From positions 104,548-168,547 of the forward strand of contig DF236973.1 in NCBI GenBank assembly GCA_000708835.1: DNA of 64,000 nucleotides, given 5' to 3'. The translations under genes were made by a program, and so were the position numbers. The DNA comes from Klebsormidium nitens. Taxonomy: Eukaryota; Plantae; Klebsormidiophyceae. The notes under the pieces were generated by a model. It ran no database searches, was not told the DNA's origin, and worked only from the letters and a program-made list of their open reading frames with translations. This document shows positions 36,973 to 50,900 of this stretch, piece after piece; within the stretch, counting starts at the first letter, position 1; each line of letters begins with the position of its first letter.

Positions 36973-39293
36973 TCATCCAACCCTTTTGGACTGTGCTTTC
37001 TTAGCTTCTTCCAGGATGGGCTCGAGCTCCCCCGTCTGCAAAAAGTCACATGCGGGTCCCGTTAAGGACGTTACAATCCGTTATCAAAAACTTGCGGCGT
37101 TGACCAAGAATACAATTTCCTGTCTCTTAAGAGTGAAGAAACGCTTATCCAGAAAACACCGGAGGAAGTGAGCAAAGCAGGTGCTTAGACATGGCCGTCT
37201 TGTGCAAGCAACAGAACGAGAATCAAGCAGGGTGCCGGAGCAACAACAACGGATGGAAGGCCAAGATGCCGTCCCCGATGCACTCAGAAAGAATCCGAAA
37301 GTTTCATACCTTGCTCATATTGACCAGAATATCACACCCTCCGATAAACTCCCCATTCACGTACACCTGGGGGATTGTGGGCCATTTCCTGGACGTCCAA
37401 AGAACCAAGTCACGAATTGGAAATGGATCCAGGAGAATGCAACTGAAGAATTACGCCAGCACATATCTAACGTGCACTTGGGCAGATCTTAACGTCGGAA
37501 CACCTTAGCCAATCATTAAGGTGATGATTAAGCCACAACTTCAGGAGGTTTATATGCAAGAGCGGGTCAGGTCACTCGCAAGCGATGGGCAGATCCCAGC
37601 CGAACTTCTGAACAGCATCCCTGCAAATGCTGTCGCCCTTCCTGCTGGTCGCTGAGATAACCGGAAAATCTTTCCCACACAAGCACCTTGACCGAGAACT
37701 TGGTGAACAAAGAGGGCAGTCAATAGAGCGACTCACGAGTAAGACTTGACGCCTTGCCTCAGCTCCTCATCTTGCAGGACATTTCGACTGCTGAATGGGA
37801 CCTCTGCAGAACAAGAAGAAAGTGAGCATGACTATCTGCCTTTTGTCATACGGTCCATGACTCTGTTGATTCTCCAACGGACTTACCGAGTTCTCAAAGG
37901 GCACACACCATTTGTGTGCGTGCCACAGATCCATGAATTAGATGTCAGGCCATCGCCGAAGCATGGTGACGATTTGGAGAACATAAAAACATCAGACACT
38001 AGCATGGACGCAGGTTGTAAGAGAAGGCAACAGAACTGGCACATGCCAGGAATTGCACTCAAAAACTCGGAGCAGACCAGACAGAAAGAATTCCATCATT
38101 CTGGTGAATGATTGAAGCTGCCTGGATTCGATACCAGGTAGACCAGCTAATCATGCCCTTCGTCTGGTTTTGGATCTTACCGTATGCTTTCAAGATCTGC
38201 ACCACCGCCCTACTGAAGCCACACATGGGGGCATCTGGAACGCCCTTCATGTAGACCATCACTGGGTTCCCCTTGACGTCCTGCAATGAAAGTTGAGCAG
38301 AAATCTTCAATGTCCCTTCAATCCAATCGATGTTATCTGCAGACTGCTTTTCAACCTCCGCGGCGGCCCCTAAATCAAGTGTTGTCCGACGAAATTTGTC
38401 AAAAAACCTGACTGAAGCTAATCACCTGCAGCTCGAATCTGGTGGTAAGCAAGAGTTCCTGGAAGGTACCAGGGCGACGAAGGGTGCTCAAACATGAGGC
38501 GTTCTTCTCAGTCATGAGTAGCACAGGCTGATATCACTGGCTTTTCTCCAGTGCTGTGCACCATCTGTGAGCCCTGTCTCAGGAGGCGCAAGACGCCACC
38601 ATGCCGTGGTTGTGCTTATCACTTGAAAAAGAGTGCCTGGCATATGCAAGAGGACGAGTGCGATGCAGACCACTGTATGCAACGGCCATTAAAATGGGTG
38701 GATACAATCAAAGTTGCATGCACTAATTTCAAGTTCAACACGCATACGAGGATCGCTTACCTCCTCTATCAACTGGTGAATTGTTGGAATTTCATCCTCC
38801 TTCTTGTACCTAGGCTTGAAGTCATCGTGTGTGTCTGCTTCACCAGCTTCTGTGTCGGTGGTGCTGGAGGTCGCCCCCTGAATCCAGCGAGCGGGTGCGA
38901 AAGAAAAGCCTAACGAAAGAGGCAAGAAAATAGGTACATCAGCACGCGTGACAACAGTTGAGTCAACAAAGCAGCTTCCAATGCTTAGAGAATCAACAAG
39001 AGTAACTCTGGAATTCAACTGGGATAGATTGCTGCACCACCACTCAGCACAGGTGCAACTTGCTGAAAACCTGAGCTCTGACAGACTGCAAAGCTGATGG
39101 ATGTACTGAATTTTGATGCTTGAGGACAATCGCCAGACTGCCAGCATTCCTTTTTCTTATCAGGATGCATAAGTGACCGCTGCGATTTCACCCAGCAGTC
39201 TGTGGATGAGCTTCGGTACCAACCTGTCAAGCTTGACGTCTTCGTGTTGTCAACGCGCAAGTGCCGACTGACAGCCCTGGAAAACGACAACAT
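36973..39293 (-). CDS. GRXS15: Monothiol CGFS glutaredoxin, mitochondrial GRXS15/Grx5 type
   Basis: Exons 39293-39224, 38909-38761, 38280-38181, 37803-37737, 37388-37310 and 37035-36973. Motifs [46 protein letters not shown] and GELE. The start exon is tentative. Confidence 0.92.
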
Positions 39294-39610
39294 GGTGGCA
39301 GGAGAGAAGGACCAGACTCCCTGCAGTAGTCCTATGGGTAGCAGTCTATGCTCTCTTCTGGTCGTGGCGCCTCTGTTCCTCCCTGCCAAATGAAGTTTGC
39401 TGAGCTGCACAGTTTCCGTAGACGCAAATCTGTGCACGGGCAGGGGGGTGAAAGCAGGGTGAAAGCAGGGTGAAAGTGGGCATCGCTGCTGAAAACGTGC
39501 AGAGATGCTCTGCATATGCTGCTGCAGTGCCACACAATATAGCTACTCAAGCAGTCGACACAACTAATCTACGATGTGATACTGAACTTCGCTTATAGAT
39601 TGCCGGCGAC

Positions 39611-39731
39611 CACGGTTGCCGGAAGCGTGGAACGAAGTACCGATCTCAGGTATCGGGAAGTTTGAATCAGCTTTTGAAGGTAGTATTGTGGTCGGTTAGC
39701 TTGATAGGTCAACCGGAATAGACGACCGGGT
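39611..39731 (-). repeat. ~120-bp dispersed non-coding element, copy 2
   Basis: Its reverse complement matches 6972-7092. It lies in the divergent intergenic region between GRXS15 and the ACBP gene. Confidence 0.8.
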
Positions 39732-40536
39732 CAACGCGACTTCACCTTGAAATCCCAAAATTAGCCAATTTCTACATTCGGCTTGTTGCCCCGAGTATGT
39801 GGATACGGCGACCCATTGTGGGCAATATACGGTGGCAGAGTCGCTGTAACAAGTCCCCCCGAGGAGTCGTTTTCGACGGCCTTGTCAATTGGCCGTAGAT
39901 TCCGTTCGATAAAGTGCTGTACGTGCTAATCCGTCGAAAGATTCTGCCGCACTTGCCCGCGCTCCCGTCACCATATTCACCGGTTTCGACGATAAACGGC
40001 CATTTATGTAGAAACAGGGCAATATTCTAGGTATGGCGTGTGCTGAGAAGTTCAGTAATAATCCACCAATTTCTGGAGGTTGATGTTATCCTCTTATAAA
40101 GAAAGATCTGTTGTCGTATGTCCCTGACCAAAAACCTGAAAATAGGAAGAGCATCAGCTGCGACTTTGCACTTGGTCGCACTTGGTCCTGAGTCAAACTC
40201 CAGAGACACAGCTTGCGATCAATCAGGGCGTTGCAACTGTTAGAGGAGATGAGAGGATCAAGGAGCAGGCGCATTTTGTGTCCGCAGTTCCTGGTCAGAG
40301 GTGGCAACAACCTCTTTTGATGAAACGGGTGGCTTCTTGCCAGATCTATTTTTGAAGGGGCCAGCTGCATTGACATACATTTGCACCCCTCTGTAACGAC
40401 TGGGCAGCTTGTCGCTGGCCACATCCCTTTTCCTGCCAGCGGCAGCGTTCTTTCAGCCCTGCGTGTATAAATTGCTGCAATCCCACAAGATCTCATTCTT
40501 CAACAGCTCAAATAATCAAAGAGGACCCCCAATAGG

Positions 40537-43500
40537 ATGGCATCTTCAGCAGGGCCCAGCTACCCAGACAGATTTTATCTTGCTGCAAAGTATGCAAGCA
40601 TTCCAGGAACTTGTGAGGGCGCAGAGGATCGCGTTCAGCCCCCTCCTCTACGGGATGATTCAAAGCTAGTTCTGTACGCGCTCTATCAGCAGGTTGGTGC
40701 ATTTTATCGGTGCAGCCAATCATTCAGCTCAACTCTTTTATTGTATTGTGATTGAAAAGAAGGGTCAGATCAGTCGATCAGTCTTGTGGGACTCATTAGG
40801 TGCAGAACTATAAAGTGCAGCAGATCTAAGGCTCAATCTTATTGTTGGATCCATTATATGCAGCTCTGGATCCATACTTGTCAAGTAGAGTCTTTCATCA
40901 TTGACGTTGTCTTCCATTTGCGCAGGCAACTATTGGTCCTTGCAATGCTCCCAAGCCCTGGTCGTGGAATGTGGTTGAGAGTGCCAAATGGACGAGGTAG
41001 GTGGAGGGGACTTTCATAATGTACCTTCTCTCTATCTTGCGATGCCTGGTTGGATAGTGTGTGGCTGTTTAGTAATGTTGTGTGTCTCAATTGCGCCAAG
41101 TGACGACCAATCAGCCTGATGCAATCAGCTCGTTAAATTGGCGAGCCATATGAATAAAAAGCGGATGCACGCTCTCCTGTTAAGGTCATCGATGAGTGGT
41201 GTTTTGTAGATGTCTGTTTCCTCACCTCACAAGGTTGAATCCATGCTGAACAAATGGCCCTATGTTGTACAGTTGGAACGCGTTAGGGAGGACAGCGCCA
41301 GTGGAAGCGATGAGGCTCTTTGTGAGGACACTTGAGGTAAGAAGCTTCAATCTACTGGCTGGATGAATCTAGTTTCAGTCCCTTGCAACATCAGCGTGTG
41401 CAACCAACTGCTGATCAACGTGGCACTTATACACGGGCCTGTGCCAAGTGCAAACTCCATCTTCCCTTCATCACAGGAGGAAGAACCAGACTGGTTCGCC
41501 AAGGCAACTGAGGGAGGCATCACACTCAACGTGGCCAACGGCGCTCCAGACAGCTCTCCGAAGGCGCCAGGGCCTGAGGCTGCTGTGCCTCAGCAGAAGG
41601 CGCCTGCAGCACCGGCCCCAGCGACCACTGCCAAAGAGGCAGCCAATGGGGCAACACCGGTAGTGGCAAGCAAACCTGAGGTCAAGGAACCAGAGGTCAC
41701 TCGTGTGGAGAGTTTCAGGAGCATCAGCAAGTTTGACCAGTGGATCTCGCCGTTTGTGTCGGGGCGGAGGCCTCCGCCGCGGTATCAGGTGCGTGGCAGT
41801 CTTTTTCCTGACTGCCTGCTGATGGGACCTGTGGCGGCTCTTATTAACATGGCCATCGAGGCTGTCCTATGTTTCTCTTCTTGGAACAGTCAACTTGTTT
41901 CCAGGGTCCCCCTTGATGATGAATTTCCATCTGTATCCAGCATTTGGTCACATCAGTTTCACCCTTTGGAACAGACATTGAAGAACTATGTTCTTTTGCA
42001 GCATGAGGTGGCAGTGGTTGGAGACCAGCTTTTTGTTGTCGGTGGCAACTCTGGAGGCCGCTATCTGAATGATCTATGGGTAAGTCTTTCTAGCTTGAGC
42101 TGTGGCAAACTACAGGCCCCACAGGAGACACTACGTCACCTCTTTGGGACTTACAGGTCACATCTCCTTCCAGAATCCTGTGCAATTCCCTGTTGCTCAC
42201 GAGGTGTGTTTCCAGTCACCTATTTGTCACCTGCTGCCTCAGTTACTGAAACGATCATATCTATGTCTGAATCACCTACTACTTGTAAGTTTAGACCGAG
42301 CCTTTCTGTCCCTGCTTGGAGGTGGTTCTTCGGGCCACATTTTCGCATATTCAGAATGCCTTTTCCTGTGCGTTTGCAGGTTCTGAGTTTGGAAAATTTC
42401 ACGTGGTCACGGGTTGAGCAAATAGGGCCCGCCCCCCCTTCCAAAGAAGAGGACGCCCCTCTTCTCGCCCCCCCTCCACTGCCCCCTTTGGCAGGCCACT
42501 CCATTGTAAGTGCCTCTTGTTAACCGAAGAATCAAGCTGAGAGGTCACTGGTTGGCTGGCTACGATGCAGAGTCCCCTTGCGCTGAATTGCAAGGGTCTT
42601 TTCTCTTAAAGTTGCAACGGTTGCTAGTGTATGCAAGCAGAATCTGAGTAACACACTCCGCTTCAAGGGTTTAATTATTTGCCCAGCCTGAGTTTGGAAA
42701 ATCGTGCTTCACGTCATCATACATCTGTACAAAATTGTTTCTTGATTTCCACCAACAGAACCGCAGCGTAAGCTCGCACCGAATGCTCCTGCATTCTGGC
42801 TGGTAACAAGATTCTAGTGTTGATTCTATCAAGCCTTTCACACGAGCCAAGCTGCTAACCCATAGTTCCACCTGACAGATCGCGTCAGGCTCCACCCTTC
42901 TAGCCGTCGGCGGCCACACCAAAGAACCTGCTCCCACGGTCCAAGTCCGGTCCTTTGACACGACAACCTCCAAGTGGTCAATTCTCGAGACCACGGGAGA
43001 CGCTCCCGCCGCCCGGGGTGGGCAGACGGTGGTCAAGGCTGGCTCCAGGCTGGTACTGTTTGGCGGCGAGGACCGGAAGCGGAAGCTGCTGAACGACGTG
43101 CACGTGTTGGATCTGGAGACGAAGGCGTGGGACTCGCCTAGTACCAGGTACGTGTGCCCATTAGAAAAGAAGGCTAAGGATAAACGAAGCATGTGTAGCC
43201 TGCTCTGATCCTCCAGGAGGGTGGGGGTATAGAAATCAAGGATCGATAGGGACGAAGGCATTCGAGACGAGGCAGGTCCTGAACGCGATTGGGGTCAGCT
43301 ATCGGAGTTTCCAGGCTGCGTACCTGATCAGAAAGTATAGCAATCACGTTGTCCAAGTGGGAGCAAGTTGTAGGTCTTTCTCAACGCCTAGTTGCATGCA
43401 GCTTGGACTCGTGTCCGGCTCAACTGTATAGGTTCAGTCCGGGTTATCTAGTGCTTCCGCCGTTATATTCAGCGTCTTGCCTGCTTCGCTGCAGTGGGGC

Positions 43501-46373
43501 GCCCCCCAGTCCTCGCTGCGATCACACTGCGACGCTTCACAATGGGCGCTACATGCTGGTGTTTGGAGGGGGCACGCTCGCTAACTGCTACAACGATCTT
43601 CATCTTCTCGACCTCGAAACCGTGAGCAACCGGATCAATGTCAAGCACTCAGCTGTCGACTTATCCTTCGAGCCTGTCCAATCCTTAATTCGTGGCGAAA
43701 CTCATGCTATGACGTTCTAAAGCAGCCGTGTAATAATAGACACGCCTGAGTCATCTTCAATTGGAACCCTGTCGTTGCTTCGGTTATTGGGCCGAATGCA
43801 AGCCCGGATTTGAAGAGGATAGGTTCTTCGGCCTCTGTGACTTCCTCTTTGTCAGGATCTGAAGTGGTTCAACAGCAGACTGAAAGCTTCGACTTCCTCC
43901 GCCAGTTCGAGTGGTCCCGACCCGAGACGCATGGCGACACCCCGCACCCGCGCTCTGGCCACGCGAGCGTCGCCATCGGTGACACGTGGTACATCGTGGG
44001 AGGCGGAGACAACGCCCACGGGATCGCAGACACTCTGGCGCTGAACCTGAACTCGTTCACGTGGTCGGTGGCCGCGACCGTCCCGACGAAAACCTCAATC
44101 GCGAGCGAGGGGCTGAGCGTCGTTGCGGCGTACGAGGAGGGGCTGGTGGCATTTGGAGGGTACAACGGGCGGTACAGCAACGAGGTGAGGCGATGCAGAA
44201 GCGCTGTCGTGCGGAGGGGGGGCCGCCCTGTACAGTGAGCGACATTTTAAACTCAAGTGGAATCCAAGGGCTTCGAAGCTGGGACGATTAGGGCTAGCAG
44301 ACGGAGACTAAAGCATGCGACGACAAACATCTTTCGAAGCCGAGGCAATGCGAAGTGGAGCACTGTCATCTTGAAGTCTTTGTCCAAGCTCTGTGAAGTG
44401 TGCGCTCTGAAGAGGACCTAATTGATCATGCATAGCTCCTAGATCACCTACTCCTTGCTGACGTGCCATTTTTGTACCTAGCACTTCGCTCCTTCTGCCG
44501 TCGCAGATCCATGTTTTCAAGCCCACCCCCGTGGAGAAGCCGAAGCCGGTCATGGTCCGCTCCAAATCGGCTGAGAACGCCGCCGCCGCGGTCGCTGCCA
44601 AGTCGCCCTCGAAGCCTGCCCCGGAGAAATCAACCGACCCACCCAAGAAGCCTTCTTCGGCAGCGGCCCCGCCAGAAGAGTCCCCGGTGGAAGCCACCCG
44701 GCCGAGCAGAGAAGCGGCCGAGAACGAGAAGAGAGCCAAAAGGGAAGCGGAAGCGAAGTCGAGAGCGGAAGAGGAGGCCAGAGCGAAGGCGGAAGACGAG
44801 CGGATTGCAAGGGTGCGGCAAGAGATGGACGGGAAGAGCAAGGTGAGCGCGGTCGGTCATCTGGGCGTTGCCAGTTTTGTTGGCAAATCCGACTTGTTGG
44901 CAGTGTAGAAAATGCCTTGATGTCGTAGTGAAGATCAAACCTTGTGCGGAGGCGACGGTCGGGAATCGGTCGTGATGCGCGGACGATGTTTCTGGACTAG
45001 GCAACGTGCACTCGATTCCGCCGCAGGCAACTGCTGCTTAGACCTATGCAAATCTTACTTCGCTGACTCCTTAAAACAGACAGACGCGAGTCCTCCAGAG
45101 TTACTTTGGCCTTCTTTCCGAGGCAACAACCCGATACCTTCGCAGTGCTTGGCGGGAGTGATAAGCTACCGCAATCGGACTCACGAGATGTTACTATGCA
45201 GTCTGCAATTGAAGCGGCGGTAAAAGCGAAGGAGAAGGCCGAGGCAGCCGCCAACGCCGCTGTCGCTGAGTTGGCGAAAACGAAGCAGGAGCTCAACGCC
45301 CTCAAGTCAAAACGACTCGACGGTCATCAGGTATGCTGTGAATGAACGGAAGAACCAATTCACCCGAGAGTTGCTGTGATGGAAATCATAGCATCCTCGC
45401 ATTGACAGAAAAGCTTTGTTGCATGTTGACACCTGTTGCTCCTTATAAGGACTTTTCGCTCTTACACGTTAAATCTCAAAGGCAGAATATCACCACTGAA
45501 CGGGTCTGGCAAATGAGACCTTTCTGACTCCCTGTGCTTAGGCTAGCAAAACCCGTCAGCACACTGTCTCTGGTCTGAGTATCTGCTCGTATCCGGTGCC
45601 AATGCCACTATCAGGTTGCCAATTTCCTGCTCTCAGGAATGCCGATCTCCTCGCCCTATCGCTCTTTCTCGGCTTGCTTCACGGAATTCTTTTGCACTCC
45701 CTTTGCAAATGGACAGCCTTGTAGGAAGTGGAAATCAATGAAATAAGCAGATTCGATCGAGTAAGTTGGTGACGTGGAGCTCAAAACAGTCGCTGACGTG
45801 GACTTCCTCGACGCTGCAGGAATTGGAGACGGCCAGGAAAGCGTTGGCGAGTGAGCAGCAGCGCTGCTTCCAACTGGAGGTGAGCCCTTCTGCCAATGCT
45901 GGCGGTACAGGCTTTAAGTCCTCTGTTCTGTTTCTGCTTTCCAGCATGCTTCGACCAAAAAAGGTGTTGTACGGGAATGAGATCGAGAAGAGCGAGTGTG
46001 GAACTCAAAAAGGTGTACAGCTGCGCTGTGGTCAAACCCCGCAGGAGTCGCTCATCCATGTGGTTGCTGGCTGATCGAGGTCTGAGGCTGTCCTTTGAAT
46101 GGTCTGAGAGCCGGGAACAAGTTGCCAGTGATTGTGTCGCTATCGAGCGGAAAGCTAATTGTCTGGTCTTGCCCTCGACAGGTCGAGGTCTCGAGTTTGA
46201 AGCAACAGCTAGGGAACGTGGAAGCCCTGGAGCAAGAGATCAAGCTGCTGAGACGAAAAGCGGAGCAATCCGAAGCAGCGGCCGCGTCAGCCAAGCAGCA
46301 GCAGCAGAGCGGCATCTTCAGTTGGATAACGGGCACCCCGCAAGCACCAAGCCCCGACGAACCAAGAAGTTGA
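40537..46373 (+). CDS. ACBP4: Acyl-CoA-binding domain plus kelch-repeat protein (class IV ACBP, ACBP4/5-like) with a C-terminal coiled coil
   Basis: 13 exons: 40537-40692, 40926-40996, 41273-41336, 41477-41788, 42002-42079, 42380-42505, 42879-43147, 43495-43621, 43906-44184, 44507-44842, 45202-45330, 45820-45879 and 46182-46373. Motifs YPDRFYLAAKY, LYALYQQATIGPCN, kelch FGG..ND repeats, EQQRCFQLE and SGIFSWITG. Confidence 0.93.
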
Positions 46374-47977
46374 CCTTAAGAATGACATATAAACCAACAC
46401 TGCTTCAAACTGGAGAAGAGATCGTTTGTCCAACTGTGAACACGCCTTTGATACTGGGGTTTGTGCACGGATCATTGCTGGTGCAGACCGTTTCTGGAGA
46501 CGAACAGCCCATGCGTAGCACATCGAGTCCTCTGCTACTGGCTTTGATAGGCAAATTAGATTCCTGTGCATCGTGAACCCCGTTAGCTGGTGATGGAAAC
46601 CATCCCGTGCTCGCGGCCAATTCCTTGCTAGCCCAAAGGTTGGTCAGACATTTGGGCGGCATGCAAGTACAAGCTTGCAACCTACCTGGAGTCGATCGGC
46701 GCATGTGAGTATACGTAATGTATTCGTGGCCCCCCCCACCCAAAGTGCAACCGTCTTGTCGTGAGTGAATGAGCATTCAGCTGGCCCGAACTCACACAAA
46801 TCTTGCATGAGCGTATATTGCACGTCACTTTACTAGGACCTCCATATGCATCATGTTCCATTCGAGGTGCAACAATCGATTCCATATGGTCGCGTATAGG
46901 ACGCCCGCGATCCTGTAACCATTTATATGTTTGCATGTGGCCCGAACATGCGCACTAAAGAGCTTGCAGATCACGAAATTGTAGATTCGTGAATCTATAA
47001 TATTCAATTAGGCGCCGCCACTGTGACTTGTACTAGTTAGAGGCTAGTCAGCGTTGTGGTCGACCGCCCGCGGCATGAGACTATACGCGCTCATCTACTC
47101 CAGCTTGCCAGCACGCAATGATACGAGTGCAGGCTAATAATCCCTGCGCATGGCAATAGTCCGATCCATGTATTCAAGCGACTTCGCGGCAGGTCTAAGC
47201 GTCTGCAAAGCAGAATCAAGCAGGCACAATCTGCATGCAACGGTATGAAGCGCCTAGCTCGCCCTTCGAGCTGCCTCACGCTTCCAAATTCTGAGTGCGC
47301 CAGCTAGATCTGCCAGTGCCGATGCCGGCGAGGTAGTCTAAGTTCCTTATCTTCGTCTTGAGAGTGTATCCGGAAGCCAAGGAGCATCGACCTGCGACGT
47401 ACGACGCTCTGCAGATAACATGATGTGTTCACTTATAGATCAATGTATGCGGCCGCCTTAGGTATTGGAGTCATGCATTCCGGCACGGATAGCCAAACGT
47501 GGCAAGAATGATGCTTTCTATAGGGTTGCTCCTAGTTATAAGGGCTCGCAAAATCTCGGAGTTCTGAGTAAGTCATGGATACGTACTGGTAAGACGGTCT
47601 TCTCTGCATCCATCACCTCGGAACCGTGTCCCAAATGCAAGTATGCTGACGCAAGGTTTGGCCTTTGACGGCGGTGGCCGGGTTTTCCAGCCTTCGGGTT
47701 TCATCTATATCAAAGTTTTTGAGGCGTGCTGGCTCTAAAAACCAAGGCCGTAATGAAACATTCATCCTTGCCTGGAGCAACGATACTCGATACAAGTAGG
47801 GAATCTTTTGGGCAGGCTGAAGTCGTGCTGGCTACAGCAGGACGGTACATCAAGCTGCAATTTGCAGACTTTGCCCGAACCGACACTGTCACTGGCCCTT
47901 ATGGATTCTTCCCGTTCGGGTCGCACTGCCTTGACTGGCATTGCCCTCAGAATCGATCACCAACCGTGTCTAGCACG

Positions 47978-50900
47978 CTATCTTTCAGGCTTCATGTTTT
48001 CAAGCTTGGAGGGATCCCCCTCCGCATCCATCCCCTCGGCGCCCATCTGCGACTCCACAACTTCTTCCTCCCGCTTCTTCGGCGCCTTCTTCCCGACCCC
48101 CACGAGCCGCCAGTACAAGAAGCGTTTCTCCACGTGCACCGCGCGCAGGGCCGGCCGCGCCGCCGCCGAAACCCCGTCCAGGAAAACCCCCAGAACGTCC
48201 TCGATGACGTCAGTGCTGGTGAACGCGTAGTCGTGCCCGACCACGCTCTTGTCGAAGCCGCTGGCGTCGATGACGTCGACCTTTTGAGAGAGCGCCACGT
48301 GGCGTGTTTCGCTGAGGAAGGAGTCGATGCGGAAATGGCCCAGTCGGGGAAGCCCCCCGTGCACGCGCTCCGACATGCGCAGCGCTTTGTCGTTGGCGGA
48401 ACAGTAGACGGATACGCGATCGACCTGCAATTGGAACCGGAGCTAATCACTGATGATGACTGAAATCTTGGCTTCATTTTCTGATGCACGGTTTCCCCCT
48501 GGTGCTTGCTTCGCTTTTGATCACGCAAAGATAAAGAGCTTGATGTACAAGTGAAAGCAGCAAGCTGCAGCAGGCGGAATTCGCGCAAAGTCGAGAAGTC
48601 AGACGAGTCGTTTTATCCAGATAAGGTTGGGTTCTCTGAAATGTGTCGCAGGCACGAGAGCAAGATTTGCCAAACGATCCTCTCCGTGTGTCATCTCCTG
48701 AGCCCGATATCCTCAGAATCTTCTTCATCTGGCAAGTTGCCAAGGCGTCGATTCTTGCGCGACTGGTGCCCGTCGTGCCGCATGCTCAACAGATTCTTAT
48801 AATTGTGCGGACATCTGACGAGAGGTTCTTTTGATCTGCTTTTCTTCGTTGCCCGTGACACTTGTTTACCCGAGAACGAAGCTATAAACGTTGAGCAATC
48901 GATCGAGTGTACGAGAAATCAAGTCCGCAGAATCTGTGCCAAAAGAAAGTCTGGATTTTATCGTTGGCACTTGCACTTTTACAAGGCTTAATTTTCTCCC
49001 GAAGCGACCACCCTTCAATTTCCAGTTTTATTACCTTACCACCTGATCCTCCGGTCCGTCTGCATCGAATCGTTCTTATGGTCTGCCCCGTTGTCACTAT
49101 CCACAACTTATAGAAAGGAACCTTTCGCAGAACACTGTACTAACAATCTAACTCCAAAGGAAGACCAAGTCCTCACCAGCTTGTCAAGGTCCGACTGCGC
49201 CTCGAAGAACTCCCCGGTGTCAAAGTCCGGGGCGGCCAGCACCAGCTGCCCCGGCCGCGCGGCGCCCTTCGGGGGACTCCAACCGGTCAGTCGGAGGAGC
49301 CCGTTGATGGCCACCTGGCTGCCCATGCTGTGCGCGAACACGTGCACTCGTTCTAGCCGGTACGACGTCATTAGGCGCTTGAGGAAGCTGGCGAAGTGAC
49401 GTACCGACCACGTGGCGTTGGCTTGGTCCCCTTCGTACAGGTCGAGCGACTGCACCGCAAAAGGAAAGCAATTGACGGTGATAATATTGGAATAAAAGCG
49501 GCAGTTTCGCCATATCGGCAACTTCAAAGAGCGAGATTTGAGTTCGATCGCAAGCAGGCTTATTCATTGACGATTCGGGGATAGACAAGACTGACGTTGA
49601 GATAATGCCACCGCTTCCGTAACAGCGTGACCGCACTCCAAAGTGACCTTAGTTTTATAGCGCTCTGAAGCTTGAGTAGCACAAATGATGACCAAGCTTC
49701 GAGCATCGAAGCGAGCAATTCGAAGGGCTACCAGTATTGCAGGCACGGAACGAGAAGACGGAGCATGCTGCTTATGGTCGAAAAGATACGATGGAACTCC
49801 GCACTCCCAAAAAGACGCATAAGACGACTCGGCAACGAGTTGACGTCTACGGGGGGACGGAGTAACGAGGTTCTCGCTAGACGCCCCGAATCAAAAGCAT
49901 GCGGAGAAGCGGAAGATTCCGGTTTGAGCACCTTGGAAAGAAAAGCAAGTTCAAGAATCGAAACAATTCTTCAAGTGCTCGGGTATGAAAGTATGCACAG
50001 GTTTCAAAATGCTCCTTCAAGTGCCTGGAAAGAATGCAGTGCAAAGAGACCGAAAGAACGAAGCACCTGGAAAGAGGGCCAGCTGAAGACGAAGATGGGC
50101 ACGTCCCGCCGCATCTTGTACGCGTAGAGCGCCATGTACTTGGCCGCGCTCGCGAAGCGGCAGTTGAAACCTGGACATGAGAGACCAATGTGGAGTAAGA
50201 CTTGCGCACCAGGAGAAGATCAGTGTTAACCAAGATTTTCTTGCAGTTGGTTGATTCTCTTGTACCAAGGGAACTTACGTTCTCGGTTCGAAGCACACAA
50301 CCAGTCGTGGTTAAGGGCAGAAGCTTCCTGCGGCGTACAGTATGGCAAACGATTTCGGGGGGATGCGATGTGATAGTGCCTACTTTTCAGGGTCTGGCAA
50401 TGACCAAGCAGAATGAACGGCACCAGAGCCGCGAATCACAGCAGGCAGCGGAATGGAATGGCCGTGCGGGACGAACGGAAAGGAAAGGGAAGGTGTTCAG
50501 TGCCCCCGAAAGATGTTGGAAATGGAGTTCACTACGAATGCTAGCTTTTTTATGTCCTTCAACGGACAGAAAGCAACCGGGGCATGACATGAACGACTGA
50601 GCGCCGCACTCCGCGATACTGCCTGCCCTTGTGAACGGCTCGCAAGACACTTCGTGTAATTTCGCTTTTCCTTACTCGTAGCTGTTGGTTTTCCATACAG
50701 TCAGAATATCATTTTGAGGCGCAACCAACGAGATTGCCGGCTATGCCTGCACGAAACAACGAAACAGACGCCTTTGCGGGGGCGGCCGCTTTTGCTCGGC
50801 TACGTGCGCCAAGTGGCGTAGATAGGCTCTCGTTCTCTTGATCGCACTGATAATTACATGAGCAGAGAAACCTTTTGTTGTTGCCGTGACATGATCGAAC

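Noticed and set aside
39443-39480. gggtgaaagca repeated about three times
   Set aside because: A short 11-bp microrepeat with no sign of function.
47726-48588. 245-aa and 198-aa ORFs overlapping the DUF900 last exon (also 297-782)
   Set aside because: These are alternative-frame or antisense shadows of the real exon.
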